Of a stretch of DNA of 64,000 nucleotides, positions 48,147-56,270 are shown piece after piece. The stretch is from Candidatus Magasanikiibacteriota bacterium (GTDB lineage: Bacteria; Patescibacteriota; Patescibacteriia; Magasanikbacterales; GWA2-37-8). Under the pieces are notes generated by a model. That model was given only the letters and a program-made list of their open reading frames with translations, made no database searches and had not been told where the DNA came from. The stretch is from the NCBI GenBank assembly GCA_963840935.1, contig CAWJAS010000001.1, positions 45,902 through 109,901 on the forward strand, given 5' to 3'. Position numbers and translations under genes: made by a program. How positions within the stretch are numbered: position 1 is the stretch's first letter; the number at the start of each line of letters is the position of its first letter.

Positions 48147-48595
48147 TAGTTAGACCGTGTCATTGTTTAGGCCTATATTATATATTTTTTGGCAATACCA
48201 GTCAAGCGGAATTTAAAAAGGCCGAACGCCCGTATTACAATGTTGTTTTTAGGCATCGGCCCTTCATTGTTCTACGTGCAAGCTTTATGACCCCTTTCAG
48301 GGAAAATCGGCATTACGCCGTAGAAACTATTTATTCCAACCGCGTTAGGGCAGTACCTCGGGCTGACCGCGCGATGTACGCTACGATAAGCAATATTTGA
48401 GGATGCCTGTTAGAAGTCGGAATGCTTCGTATTTATTATATTGATACTAAAGTATTCTGATTTCTGTAAAGCAGTGTGGAATATTGTGAAAAGAGCAATA
48501 TACATTCTTATTTAATCACAATATGTATTATAGCATATTTTTACGGTTTTGTCAAGGGTAGGGGTTTTTAGCGTTCTTTTGTTTAATTTTAGCCA

Positions 48596-48818
48596 TAATT
48601 TGCCTGTTTTAGCTAAAAAATTTGTATACACAAGTGTATACAAACAGCTTTGAAGCTAATATTAGCGAAATTAACCCCGAAAGTACAAGTTTTTGGTTTG
48701 GGTTATCCACAGATTTATCCACATTTGTATACACAAGTGTATACAAACAGCGATTTATTTCGTCTGGTTGTTGGAATGTGAATTCGGGTGGGTTATTTGA
48801 TAGTATAATTTGCCTGTT
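48596..48818. repeat. composite segment bounded by 14-bp direct repeats (ATAATTTGCCTGTT) enclosing two copies of the 20-bp palindrome and two DnaA boxes
   Basis: Palindromes at 48623-48642 and 48726-48745; TTATCCACA at 48703-48711 and 48715-48723. Confidence 0.6.
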
Positions 48819-48874
48819 ATTTGCCTTTTGCCTTCATATCCGGATTGCTTTTTTAGTGATTTGCTGGTATACTG

Positions 48875-50002
48875 GTGCCAAGTATGCACAATATTGTATC
48901 GGTTATTTTGATTATTCTTGCCGCGGCAACGGTTCTGTTTGCCAGCCATTTTTTTGTATATTGGTCTTTAATCGAATTTTTTAAAATCGTTGACCCTGGT
49001 CAGAGCACTGCTTTGGCGGTTGTGATTTTTGTTTTGGCAGCCAGTTTTATTTTGGCCTCAATTCTCGCTCACTGGCGTGAAAACTTGTTTACTCGCGGTT
49101 TATATTTTTCTTCCGGTATTTGGCTCGGTCTCGTGACCAATCTTCTGGTTTCTTTTTTTGTTGCCTGGGTTTTAATCGTTGTCGCTAATTTGGTTGGTGT
49201 TAATATCAATCAGGCAGTGGTCGCAATTTTTGCGATTTGTTTTTCCGTATTATTAACTTTTTGGGGTGTTCACAATGCTTTTAATCCCCGAGTAAAAGAA
49301 ATATCGGTTAATATCAAAGGCTTGCCTGAATCATGGAAAGGCAAAAAAGTGGCGCAAATATCTGATGTTCATTTGGGGCATGTATTCAAAAAAAAGCACT
49401 TGGCAAAAATTGTTGGACTGATAAACAAACAATCGGTTGAAGCGGTATTTATTACCGGCGATTTGTTTGATGGCATGGATGGGAAATTGGAAGTCCATAT
49501 AGAGCCTTTGAATGATATTAACGCGCCAGCTGGAACTTTTTTTGTGACCGGAAATCATGAAACTTATTTTGGGCTGTCACGCGCCACTGATTTGCTCGCC
49601 CAAACAAAAGTTAAAACTCTTTCTGACGAGAATATTGAATTGAACGGATTGAATATTATTGGTATGAATTATAATTCTGGGAATGAACACAATAATCTGG
49701 CCGATATTATTTCAAAAAAATTTGGCGATTTATCGCAAAAACCGACAATACTTTTGTATCATAGTCCGGACCAGATAGACGAGATGAAAGAAATTGGAAT
49801 TGATTTACAATTGTCCGGTCATACTCACAAGGGTCAATTATTTCCGTTTAATCTTATTACCAAAATGATTTTTCGCGGTTATGATTACGGGTTACATATT
49901 CATGGCGATTATACGCTTTATGTTTCGAGTGGAGTGGGGGCGTGGGGCCCAACAGTCAGAACCGGCAACCGGCCGGAAGTAGTGGTGATAAATTTGCAAT
50001 AA
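48875..50002 (+). CDS. membrane-anchored calcineurin-like metallophosphoesterase
   Basis: About six N-terminal TM helices followed by MPE motifs (DVHLG, GDLFDG, GNHE, GHTH). Confidence 0.75.
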   Translation: MPSMHNIVSVILIILAAATVLFASHFFVYWSLIEFFKIVDPGQSTALAVVIFVLAASFILASILAHWRENLFTRGLYFSSGIWLGLVTNLLVSFFVAWVLIVVANLVGVNINQAVVAIFAICFSVLLTFWGVHNAFNPRVKEISVNIKGLPESWKGKKVAQISDVHLGHVFKKKHLAKIVGLINKQSVEAVFITGDLFDGMDGKLEVHIEPLNDINAPAGTFFVTGNHETYFGLSRATDLLAQTKVKTLSDENIELNGLNIIGMNYNSGNEHNNLADIISKKFGDLSQKPTILLYHSPDQIDEMKEIGIDLQLSGHTHKGQLFPFNLITKMIFRGYDYGLHIHGDYTLYVSSGVGAWGPTVRTGNRPEVVVINLQ

Positions 50003-50083
50003 TTTTTTTGGCTATTACCGCCCGCTTGTGGCGGTTTTTATTTTTTGTTATAATTAACGGAATAATTTTTTATTTTTTAAAAT

Positions 50084-53047
50084 ATGGGGAGGGAGAAATT
50101 ATTTATTTCGGCCGTTATTTTAATTACGGGCGTTTTTTTATTTTACGCGGACGCGCGGGCAGAAGAAGTGTGCGTCACATCAACCGGTTGGGGCAGTGTT
50201 CGGCTCAATGAAATCAGTTCTTATTCATCAAGTAATGATTGGGTTGAGCTGTACAATATTTTGGATGTCTGCGTTAATTTGGATGGTTTGAAATTGTGGG
50301 ACAGCGGAGTGTCGTCTGCCATGCGAGTGCTCACGGGTGATATTTTTGCCCACGGGTTTTTGAATGTTAGCGTGAGTAATCGACTGGGTCGTGATGCTGA
50401 TAGTGTTGTTTTGAAAAATGAGGATAATGAATTGGATCGTTTTGATTATGGCACTTCGGAATTTCCGGCTCCGGAAGAAAATGAAGTTTGGGCGCGTGAA
50501 ATTGATGGACTAGGAGATTGGAAAATTACTATTGAATCCACCGAAGGGTCGGCGAATTCGATCGTGACCCCGATTATTGATCCGACTTCTACTCCACCCA
50601 TCGACCCACCAACAACTACTCCTCCGGTCGATCCGCCGACTTCCACTCCGCCTACGAGTACGCCCCCTATTGACCCTCCCACTACCACGCCGACTTCAAC
50701 ACCACCTGTCGACCCGCCAACAACCACTCCAACATCTTCGCTGGTGATTGATTGGGCGATGATTAAAATAAATGAATTTGTATCAAATCCGACATCGGAC
50801 AATGAGTGGGTGGAATTATATAATTTATCTAGTGACGATACTGATTTGACAGGCGCCGTAATTTGCGACAATCGCGAAACCGGATGCAAAAGCATTGCCG
50901 GAACGATTCTGGCAAACAGCTGGTTTTATTTTGACTTGCTTTCAACGAGTTTTTTGAATAATGACGGCGATAGTGTGATTTTAAAAAATTCAGAGTACGA
51001 AATAATAGACCGCGTTGATTATGATTCAGTTGGCGCGCCAAAAAAAGGGGAATCATTGGCAAGAACAGTTGATGGTATCGGTGAATTTGCCCGGACCACG
51101 CAATTAACGCAAGGCACGGCCAATGTGATTGTGCCACCGGTGGTTGTGGGTTCCGGCGGTTCTTCAAATCAATCGGTAATAAATATTCCTGAAGACGAAA
51201 CGGCAACAACCACCTGTGAATCGCAAAAAGTATATATAAACGAACTTTATCCGAACCCATTCGGGTCTGATTCGAATGACGAGTTTATTGAAATAATAAA
51301 TTTATCTTCCTCAACAATTAATTTGGACGGATGGAAGCTGGCCGACACGGCGCAAAGTTTTGTTTTATCCGGTGTAATTAATCCCGGTCAAATTTTATTT
51401 TGGAAAAGAGCGGAAACAAAAATCGCTCTGAATAACACGGCCAAAGAAACAATTAAATTATTTGATTCAAAAAAATGCGAAATTGATTCTGTTTCATATG
51501 ATAAGGCGGATGAGGGCGAAAGTTTATTGCGCGACGAGGCGGGGGAGTATTTTTGGACAAATCGACCAACACCGGGTGAAGAAAATGTTTATATTCAAAA
51601 AGATAACGGAATTGTTTGGAAAGTAAGATACCCGTTGAATGGCATAGTCGGGGAAAATGTTGTTTTTGACACCGAAGACAGCGCCGACGACCGTGGAGGC
51701 GAAATAATTTTTGATTGGGATTTTGGAGATAACTCCACTTCAAGTGGGGCGATTGTTTCACATGTTTTTTCTCGCTCCGGCGAATACCAAATATTGTTGT
51801 TTGCTTCAAGCACAAATGGCAGTCGTGGCTCAAAAACAATGAGCATAAATATCAGCGCACCGATGGTTGGTGTTAATAATATTATTATTAACGAAATTTT
51901 TGCCAATCCTTTGGGTACTGACGAAAAGGAGTTTATTGAAATTTTTAATTCAGGTGAAAACGATGAGGATTTGAGCGGATGGATAATTCGATCTGGCAGT
52001 GGCGCGCCTTTTGCTTTGCCCGAAGGCGCCATGATTGGAGCGAAAAATTATTTAGTTTTTTACAAAACCGCGACAAAAATTTCCATTAATAACACTTCAG
52101 ACACTATTTCTTTGATAAATGGAGATAACCAAATAGTTGATATGGTTCGAATAGGCAAGAGTGCGACTGATGAAAGCTACGCGTTTGTGAACGGAGAGTG
52201 GAAATGGAGCAGTCCGACACCGGGTGGCGAGAACATTATTGAAAATTTGATAGTTGCGAATGTACCAATTTCAAGCGCGAAAAAAATCACCACTTATCCG
52301 TTTGTGAATATAATAACAGCTCGTCAAATGGATAAAGACGACGGAGTAAAAACAAAGGGCGTGGTTACGGTTTTACCGCAAATGTTTGGTAAACAATATT
52401 TTTACATTTTTGATGGGATAAGTGGTATTCAAATTTATCAATATCAAGGCAAATTTCCAGCGTTAAAGATTGGCGATTTGGTGGAAGTCAAAGGAATTTT
52501 ATCTGAAGCGAGTGGGATAAAAAGAATAAAGTTAAAAAATGAAAAAGAAGTTGATATATTGGAGATAGAAATGAATTTGCCGCCGATAAATCTTCAGAGT
52601 GGAGAAATAAGTGAAGAGTATTTGGGCGCGCTCGTAAAAGTTGAGGGCGAGATTACGTCCAAAAAAACGAATTTTATTTATATTGATGACGGACAGGGTG
52701 AAGTAAAAATATATTTTAAACAAAACGCCAAAATTGATAAAAGTGTTTTGAAAGAAGGCGGACGTGCCAGTGTGGTTGGTATTTTGGAAATTAACGCCGG
52801 TGAAATAACGATTTTACCGCGTTTGCCTGAAGATGTGGTTGTGGCCGTAGATAATGAATTAATGATGCCAATTGAAAATAATGGTGCGGAAGAAATAAGT
52901 TCAGGCAAAGAAACCGCGGAAAAATATTTAACTGCCACCGCCGGTGGTTTGACCGCTTTGATTTTGGGTTTTTTGAGTAGGGCGCGAGGGATGGCTCTGC
53001 TTGGGTTAATAAAAAAAGTTGCCGTTAAATTAATTACTCGAGTATAA
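50084..53047 (+). CDS. large secreted protein with repeated lamin-tail-domain (LTD) modules, Pro/Thr linker, PKD-like domain and C-terminal membrane anchor
   Basis: Four modules with the NE(I/L)xxNP...EWVELYN...LxGWKL pattern; TPPxDPPTTTP linker; C-terminal hydrophobic helix. Confidence 0.65.
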   Translation: MGREKLFISAVILITGVFLFYADARAEEVCVTSTGWGSVRLNEISSYSSSNDWVELYNILDVCVNLDGLKLWDSGVSSAMRVLTGDIFAHGFLNVSVSNRLGRDADSVVLKNEDNELDRFDYGTSEFPAPEENEVWAREIDGLGDWKITIESTEGSANSIVTPIIDPTSTPPIDPPTTTPPVDPPTSTPPTSTPPIDPPTTTPTSTPPVDPPTTTPTSSLVIDWAMIKINEFVSNPTSDNEWVELYNLSSDDTDLTGAVICDNRETGCKSIAGTILANSWFYFDLLSTSFLNNDGDSVILKNSEYEIIDRVDYDSVGAPKKGESLARTVDGIGEFARTTQLTQGTANVIVPPVVVGSGGSSNQSVINIPEDETATTTCESQKVYINELYPNPFGSDSNDEFIEIINLSSSTINLDGWKLADTAQSFVLSGVINPGQILFWKRAETKIALNNTAKETIKLFDSKKCEIDSVSYDKADEGESLLRDEAGEYFWTNRPTPGEENVYIQKDNGIVWKVRYPLNGIVGENVVFDTEDSADDRGGEIIFDWDFGDNSTSSGAIVSHVFSRSGEYQILLFASSTNGSRGSKTMSINISAPMVGVNNIIINEIFANPLGTDEKEFIEIFNSGENDEDLSGWIIRSGSGAPFALPEGAMIGAKNYLVFYKTATKISINNTSDTISLINGDNQIVDMVRIGKSATDESYAFVNGEWKWSSPTPGGENIIENLIVANVPISSAKKITTYPFVNIITARQMDKDDGVKTKGVVTVLPQMFGKQYFYIFDGISGIQIYQYQGKFPALKIGDLVEVKGILSEASGIKRIKLKNEKEVDILEIEMNLPPINLQSGEISEEYLGALVKVEGEITSKKTNFIYIDDGQGEVKIYFKQNAKIDKSVLKEGGRASVVGILEINAGEITILPRLPEDVVVAVDNELMMPIENNGAEEISSGKETAEKYLTATAGGLTALILGFLSRARGMALLGLIKKVAVKLITRV

Positions 53048-53085
53048 AAAAGCCGCCGATTCGGAAAACGGCGGCAATACTCAAC
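53040..53085. terminator. bidirectional terminator (GCCGCCGATTCGGAAAACGGCGGC)
   Basis: Serves the convergent 50084 gene and the 53109-53534 gene. Confidence 0.6.
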
Positions 53086-53108
53086 AAACAAAAAGGACTG
53101 TCGGCTAG

Positions 53109-53534
53109 CTAGCTCGCGGAAGCGAAACGGGCGCGCTCGTCGGCGCCGCAGATGCGCATGCGCAGGGGGCTGTCGTCCGGAATCCGGTCGAGCAGGCAGG
53201 TGAGCACGTTCACGGGTGCCTTGTGAACGAACTGGCGGAAGCTGAGCTTCCAGCGGATTCCGCGGGTGCCCTTGTACTCGACGAGGCCCGGGATGAGGTT
53301 GGCGGCCTTCTTCTTGTCCGCCTTCTTGGCGGCGCCCGTCATGGTGACCGGGTACACGAAGTCCCGGAAGAATGCCGTTTCCGACACCACGATTTCCACG
53401 CCCACATCGTCGATGACGATTTTGGGCTCGCTCGTGGGCAGAAGCATCTTCGTGAAGGCGCACGTCATCCGTGGGTTGGCCGTCGGCCCCTGTCTGCGGC
53501 TTTTCTGTTCGGGCCCGTTTGCTCGGTGCTTCAT
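53109..53534 (-). CDS. GC-rich orphan protein (hypothetical)
   Basis: AAAGGAGAGACGA RBS before ATG; promoter TTGACA, 17 bp spacer, TATTAT inside a palindromic region; other frames give low-complexity Arg/Gly/Pro products. Confidence 0.45.
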   Translation of the reverse strand: MKHRANGPEQKSRRQGPTANPRMTCAFTKMLLPTSEPKIVIDDVGVEIVVSETAFFRDFVYPVTMTGAAKKADKKKAANLIPGLVEYKGTRGIRWKLSFRQFVHKAPVNVLTCLLDRIPDDSPLRMRICGADERARFASAS

Positions 53535-53567
53535 TCGTCTCTCCTTTGTTGAGGTTTGAACCAAAAA

Positions 53568-53640
53568 GAACGCTGTCAAACTGACAACAAATAATATCAT
53601 ATTTAATACTATTTGTCAATTGATGACAGCGTTCTTATGT
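53568..53640 (-). promoter_or_regulatory. promoter embedded between perfect 11-bp inverted repeats GAACGCTGTCA / TGACAGCGTTC
   Basis: TTGACA and TATTAT hexamers lie inside the 48-bp segment between the inverted repeats; candidate operator. Confidence 0.45.
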
Positions 53641-53672
53641 TTTTATTACTTCGCCACTCCTTACTTCATTCG

Positions 53673-53689
53673 TCGGGGCGACAGGACTT
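53673..53689 (-). other. duplicated 3' fragment of tRNA-Pro (T-loop nt ~58 to discriminator)
   Basis: Minus-strand AAGTCCTGTCGCCCCGA matches the end of the tRNA at 53861-53934. Confidence 0.7.
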
Positions 53690-53860
53690 GGTCTCGGCTC
53701 TCGTCGGCTTCCGCCTCCTCGGCTCCCAAAGGGATCCCTTTGGGACTGACCACCGCCTCGCGGTTTGGTTAGCTCGCAAGCTCACCAAACATCGCTCCGG
53801 CGTTCAAATCCTGGCGCGAGCAAAACTATTTGCTCGCTTCGCCATTCCTCACTTCGTTCG
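53690..53860 (-). repeat. TAR element, Pro locus copy
   Basis: 5' box CGAACGAAGTGAGGAATGGCGAAGCGAGC, hairpin GCGAGCAAATAGTTTTGCTCGC, core GGATTTGAACGCCGGAGCGATGTTTGGTGAGCTTGCGAGCTAACCAAACCGCGAGGCGGTGG, hairpin, 3' box. Confidence 0.7.
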
Positions 53861-53934
53861 TCGGGGCGACAGGACTTGAACCTGCGACCTTCTGCTCCCA
53901 AAGCAGACGCTCTAGCCAACTGAGCTACGCCCCG
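53861..53934 (-). tRNA. tRNA-Pro(TGG)
   Basis: Cloverleaf by eye; anticodon loop TTTGGGA; acceptor CGGGGCG/CGCCCCG. Confidence 0.85.
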
Positions 53935-54026
53935 GGACTTCGTGTTGTCTGTTAACAACACTACGCCCCGTAAACTAAAGTTGTTTACAGGGCGTAGTCC
54001 CAACCAATGGTTGGGACAAAGACCTG

Positions 54027-54098
54027 TGCCGAGGGCGAGGATTGAACTCGCGACGCAAGGATTTTCAGTCCTTCGCTCTACCACTGAGCTACCTCGGC
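54027..54098 (-). tRNA. tRNA-Phe(GAA)
   Basis: GCCGAGGTAGCTCAGTGGTAGAGC...; anticodon loop CTGAAAA; T-arm GAGTTCAATCCTC. Confidence 0.88.
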
Positions 54099-54258
54099 TT
54101 CGCTACGCTACGCCGAGTAAACCTCGGCTTTTCCATACATTACGCCGAGTAAACCTCGGCTTTTCCATACATTACGCCGAGTAAACCTCGGCTTTTCCAT
54201 ACATTACGCCGAGTAAACCTCGGCTTTTCCATACACTACGCCGAGTAAACCTCGGCTT
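54099..54258 (-). repeat. five tandem 32-bp direct repeats each retaining the first 8 nt of tRNA-Phe (GCCGAGGT) plus a hairpin
   Basis: Minus-strand unit GCCGAGGTTTACTCGGCGTAATGTATGGAAAA, head-to-tail with no spacers, directly 5' of the tRNA. Confidence 0.8.
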
Positions 54259-54265
54259 TTTCGTT

Positions 54266-54514
54266 TTACAACGAAAAAATTAAATGTTTATTTCGGAACG
54301 CTCGACCAGAATTGGATTTTAGATATTGTTCAAAATTAGCAGCTAATTTTTTATTTGGAAAACAGGCGTAAAAAATTAATTTTAAAGGCCTGAGATGTTT
54401 TGTGCATATATTTTTTCCAGCGATGTGCTCGCAAATCCTTCTTCGAATGTTAGTTGTAAATCCTGTATAGTATTGTTGGTTATTGCATTTTAAAATATAT
54501 GTATAATATAGCAT
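54266..54514 (-). CDS. GIY-YIG domain-only protein (YhbQ/UPF0213-like)
   Basis: MLYYTYILKC...YYTGFTTNIRRRICEH matches the GIY-(10 aa)-YIG-Arg-Glu/His pattern; 82 aa. Confidence 0.7.
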   Translation of the reverse strand: MLYYTYILKCNNQQYYTGFTTNIRRRICEHIAGKNICTKHLRPLKLIFYACFPNKKLAANFEQYLKSNSGRAFRNKHLIFSL

Positions 54515-54593
54515 GTATAAGATAGTAAACTAAGGTAAAACAATTAAACAATCAAGTTTACAGGGCGTATCCGCCTTTGGCGGAGAAGCCCTG

Positions 54594-54666
54594 TGGACCG
54601 ACGGGGATTCGAACCCCGGACCTCCGCGTTGCAAACGCGGCGCTCTACCAACTAAGCTATCGGCCC
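54594..54666 (-). tRNA. tRNA-Ala(TGC)
   Basis: G3:U70; anticodon loop TTTGCAA; T-arm GGGGTTCGAATCCCC. Confidence 0.88.
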
Positions 54667-54697
54667 GTTTAATAGGTTTTTGAATCCGACATCTAGT

Positions 54698-54730
54698 TCA
54701 CAAAAAGTAAAAAAATTATACCACAATTAA
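54698..54730 (-). promoter_or_regulatory. extended -10 promoter (TTGACT...TGGTATAAT) for tRNA-Ala(TGC), overlapping a divergent plus-strand promoter
   Basis: Consensus hexamers on the minus strand about 30 bp upstream of the tRNA 5' end. Confidence 0.5.
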
Positions 54731-54799
54731 CAAAAAAGTCAATAAATGGTATAATCACAAATATTAACCGTGCGTTGCGCGGGATAATTAATTATTTAT

Positions 54800-55759
54800 A
54801 TGGTTAACAATGTCGGGGCGGGTGAGAAAGCTTCGCCAAAACATGTTTTTCTGCATTTATTCGTCATAATAATGCTGTATTTTAGCGCGGTTAATTTTTT
54901 GATATTGCTTTTTCAATATATCAATTATTTTATCACCGACGAGCTGTATAAAACCGATTATTATCAAATGATGTTTAGTTTCGGCTTGATAAGGTTCGCC
55001 TTGGCTTCATTAATTATCGTTTTTCCCATTTTTATTTTTACTTCCCGTTATTTAAACAAAAGTTACACAAAAAGCCCGGCCATTCGTGAAATGAGAACAA
55101 GAAAATGGCTTATTTACTTCACTCTTTTTGTGGCATCGCTCATAATGGTCGGCGACCTTGTCAGAATAATTCTTACTTTCCTTGAAGGTGAGATGACAGT
55201 TCGTTTTATTCTTAAAGCTCTGTCAATTTTATTCGTAACCGGCTTGGTTTTTTACTATTATTTGTGTGATTTAAAAAAAGAAGAAAAAGCTCATCCAGAA
55301 ATCAAATATTTTGTTTGGGGTATTATCGTGGTGGTTTTAGCCACAATTATTGCCGGCTTTTTTATTGTCGGTTCGCCAAAAAATGAACGACTTCGCCGAT
55401 TTGACTATGAGCGATTAGGCCGTTTGCAAGAGATACAAGGCCAAGTTATTAATTATTGGCGCAGTAAAGAATATTTGCCGGTTACATTAACAGATTTAAA
55501 TGATGAAATTAGCGGTTTTGTGGCGCCTGTTGACCCGGAAACAAATGAGCCGTTTGAATATCGCATAATTGAACCGGATAAATTTGAATTGTGCGCGAAG
55601 TTTAATTTACCAAGTGAAGAAGACGAAGTGAAATATTATTCGGAACCGATGTATTACGGAAAACCCAATTCTGAAAACTGGAAACATGAAGCAGGCAGAG
55701 TTTGTTTTGAAAGAAAAATCGATAAGGAACTTTATCCCCCTTATCCGGAAAAAAATTAA
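54800..55759 (+). CDS. hypothetical integral membrane protein
   Basis: 319 aa; about six TM helices followed by a soluble C-terminal domain. Confidence 0.5.
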   Translation: MVNNVGAGEKASPKHVFLHLFVIIMLYFSAVNFLILLFQYINYFITDELYKTDYYQMMFSFGLIRFALASLIIVFPIFIFTSRYLNKSYTKSPAIREMRTRKWLIYFTLFVASLIMVGDLVRIILTFLEGEMTVRFILKALSILFVTGLVFYYYLCDLKKEEKAHPEIKYFVWGIIVVVLATIIAGFFIVGSPKNERLRRFDYERLGRLQEIQGQVINYWRSKEYLPVTLTDLNDEISGFVAPVDPETNEPFEYRIIEPDKFELCAKFNLPSEEDEVKYYSEPMYYGKPNSENWKHEAGRVCFERKIDKELYPPYPEKN

Positions 55760-55771
55760 TATTTTATTATT

Positions 55772-56239
55772 ATGTCAAATACAACTTGGGTGGGTATAGT
55801 TTCGCAAATATTTTTTATCGGTCAGGTATTGCTTGCTATCGGACTTGGGGCTTTGATTGGCTGGCAAAGAGAGGTTATTGGTAAGGCTGCGGGAGCGAGA
55901 ACCTATGCTTTGGTCAGTGGTGGTTCGGCGCTTTTTACCATCTTATCAATGCATGCTTTTTTGGGCGCTGACACTTCTCGAGTCGCCGGACAGGTGATCG
56001 TTGGTATTGGTTTTTTGGGTGCCGGCCTCATAATGCACCGTGAGAGCGAAGTGCATGGTTTGACCACTGCCGCCGGTTTGTGGGTTAGTGCCGCGATCGG
56101 TATGGCGGTCGGAACTGGCTATTATTTGCTTGCGATTGTCGGCTCATTAATAATGTTGGCCGTATTAATGGTTGACGAAAAAAAGATAATTACCGGAAAG
56201 CCAACAAAACAAGAACCGCCGGATTTATTCAGGCGGTAG
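55772..56239 (+). CDS. MgtC/SapB family membrane protein
   Basis: Conserved MgtC N-domain pattern (GLGALIGWQRE...GLWVSAAIGMAVG). Confidence 0.7.
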   Translation: MSNTTWVGIVSQIFFIGQVLLAIGLGALIGWQREVIGKAAGARTYALVSGGSALFTILSMHAFLGADTSRVAGQVIVGIGFLGAGLIMHRESEVHGLTTAAGLWVSAAIGMAVGTGYYLLAIVGSLIMLAVLMVDEKKIITGKPTKQEPPDLFRR

Positions 56240-56270
56240 GTAATAAGAATAAATTAAAAAATTGCCCGTT

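Noticed and set aside
10850-53600. GC-rich islands as housekeeping ncRNAs (RNase P RNA, tmRNA, SRP RNA)
   Set aside because: I looked for signature motifs (AGGAAAGTCCGGGCTCC / ACAGAAACCCGGCTTA for RNase P; GGGG...5' end and GGTTCGAATCC...CCACCA 3' end for tmRNA; the GGAAGGAAGCAGC SRP domain IV motif). None were found on either strand, and all four regions have clean RBS-led ORFs.
52678-53619. 313-aa minus-strand ORF and plus-strand ORFs 53223-53559 in the GC-rich island
   Set aside because: These are alternative frames of the same GC-rich DNA giving low-complexity Arg/Gly/Pro/His products with no RBS. The 53109-53534 minus frame has a promoter, Shine-Dalgarno and terminator and was preferred.
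54099-54258. Possible CRISPR array (regular 32-bp direct repeats)
   Set aside because: The units are directly head-to-tail with no intervening unique spacers, and each contains the tRNA-Phe 5' end. This is a tandem minisatellite, not repeat-spacer architecture, and no cas genes are present.
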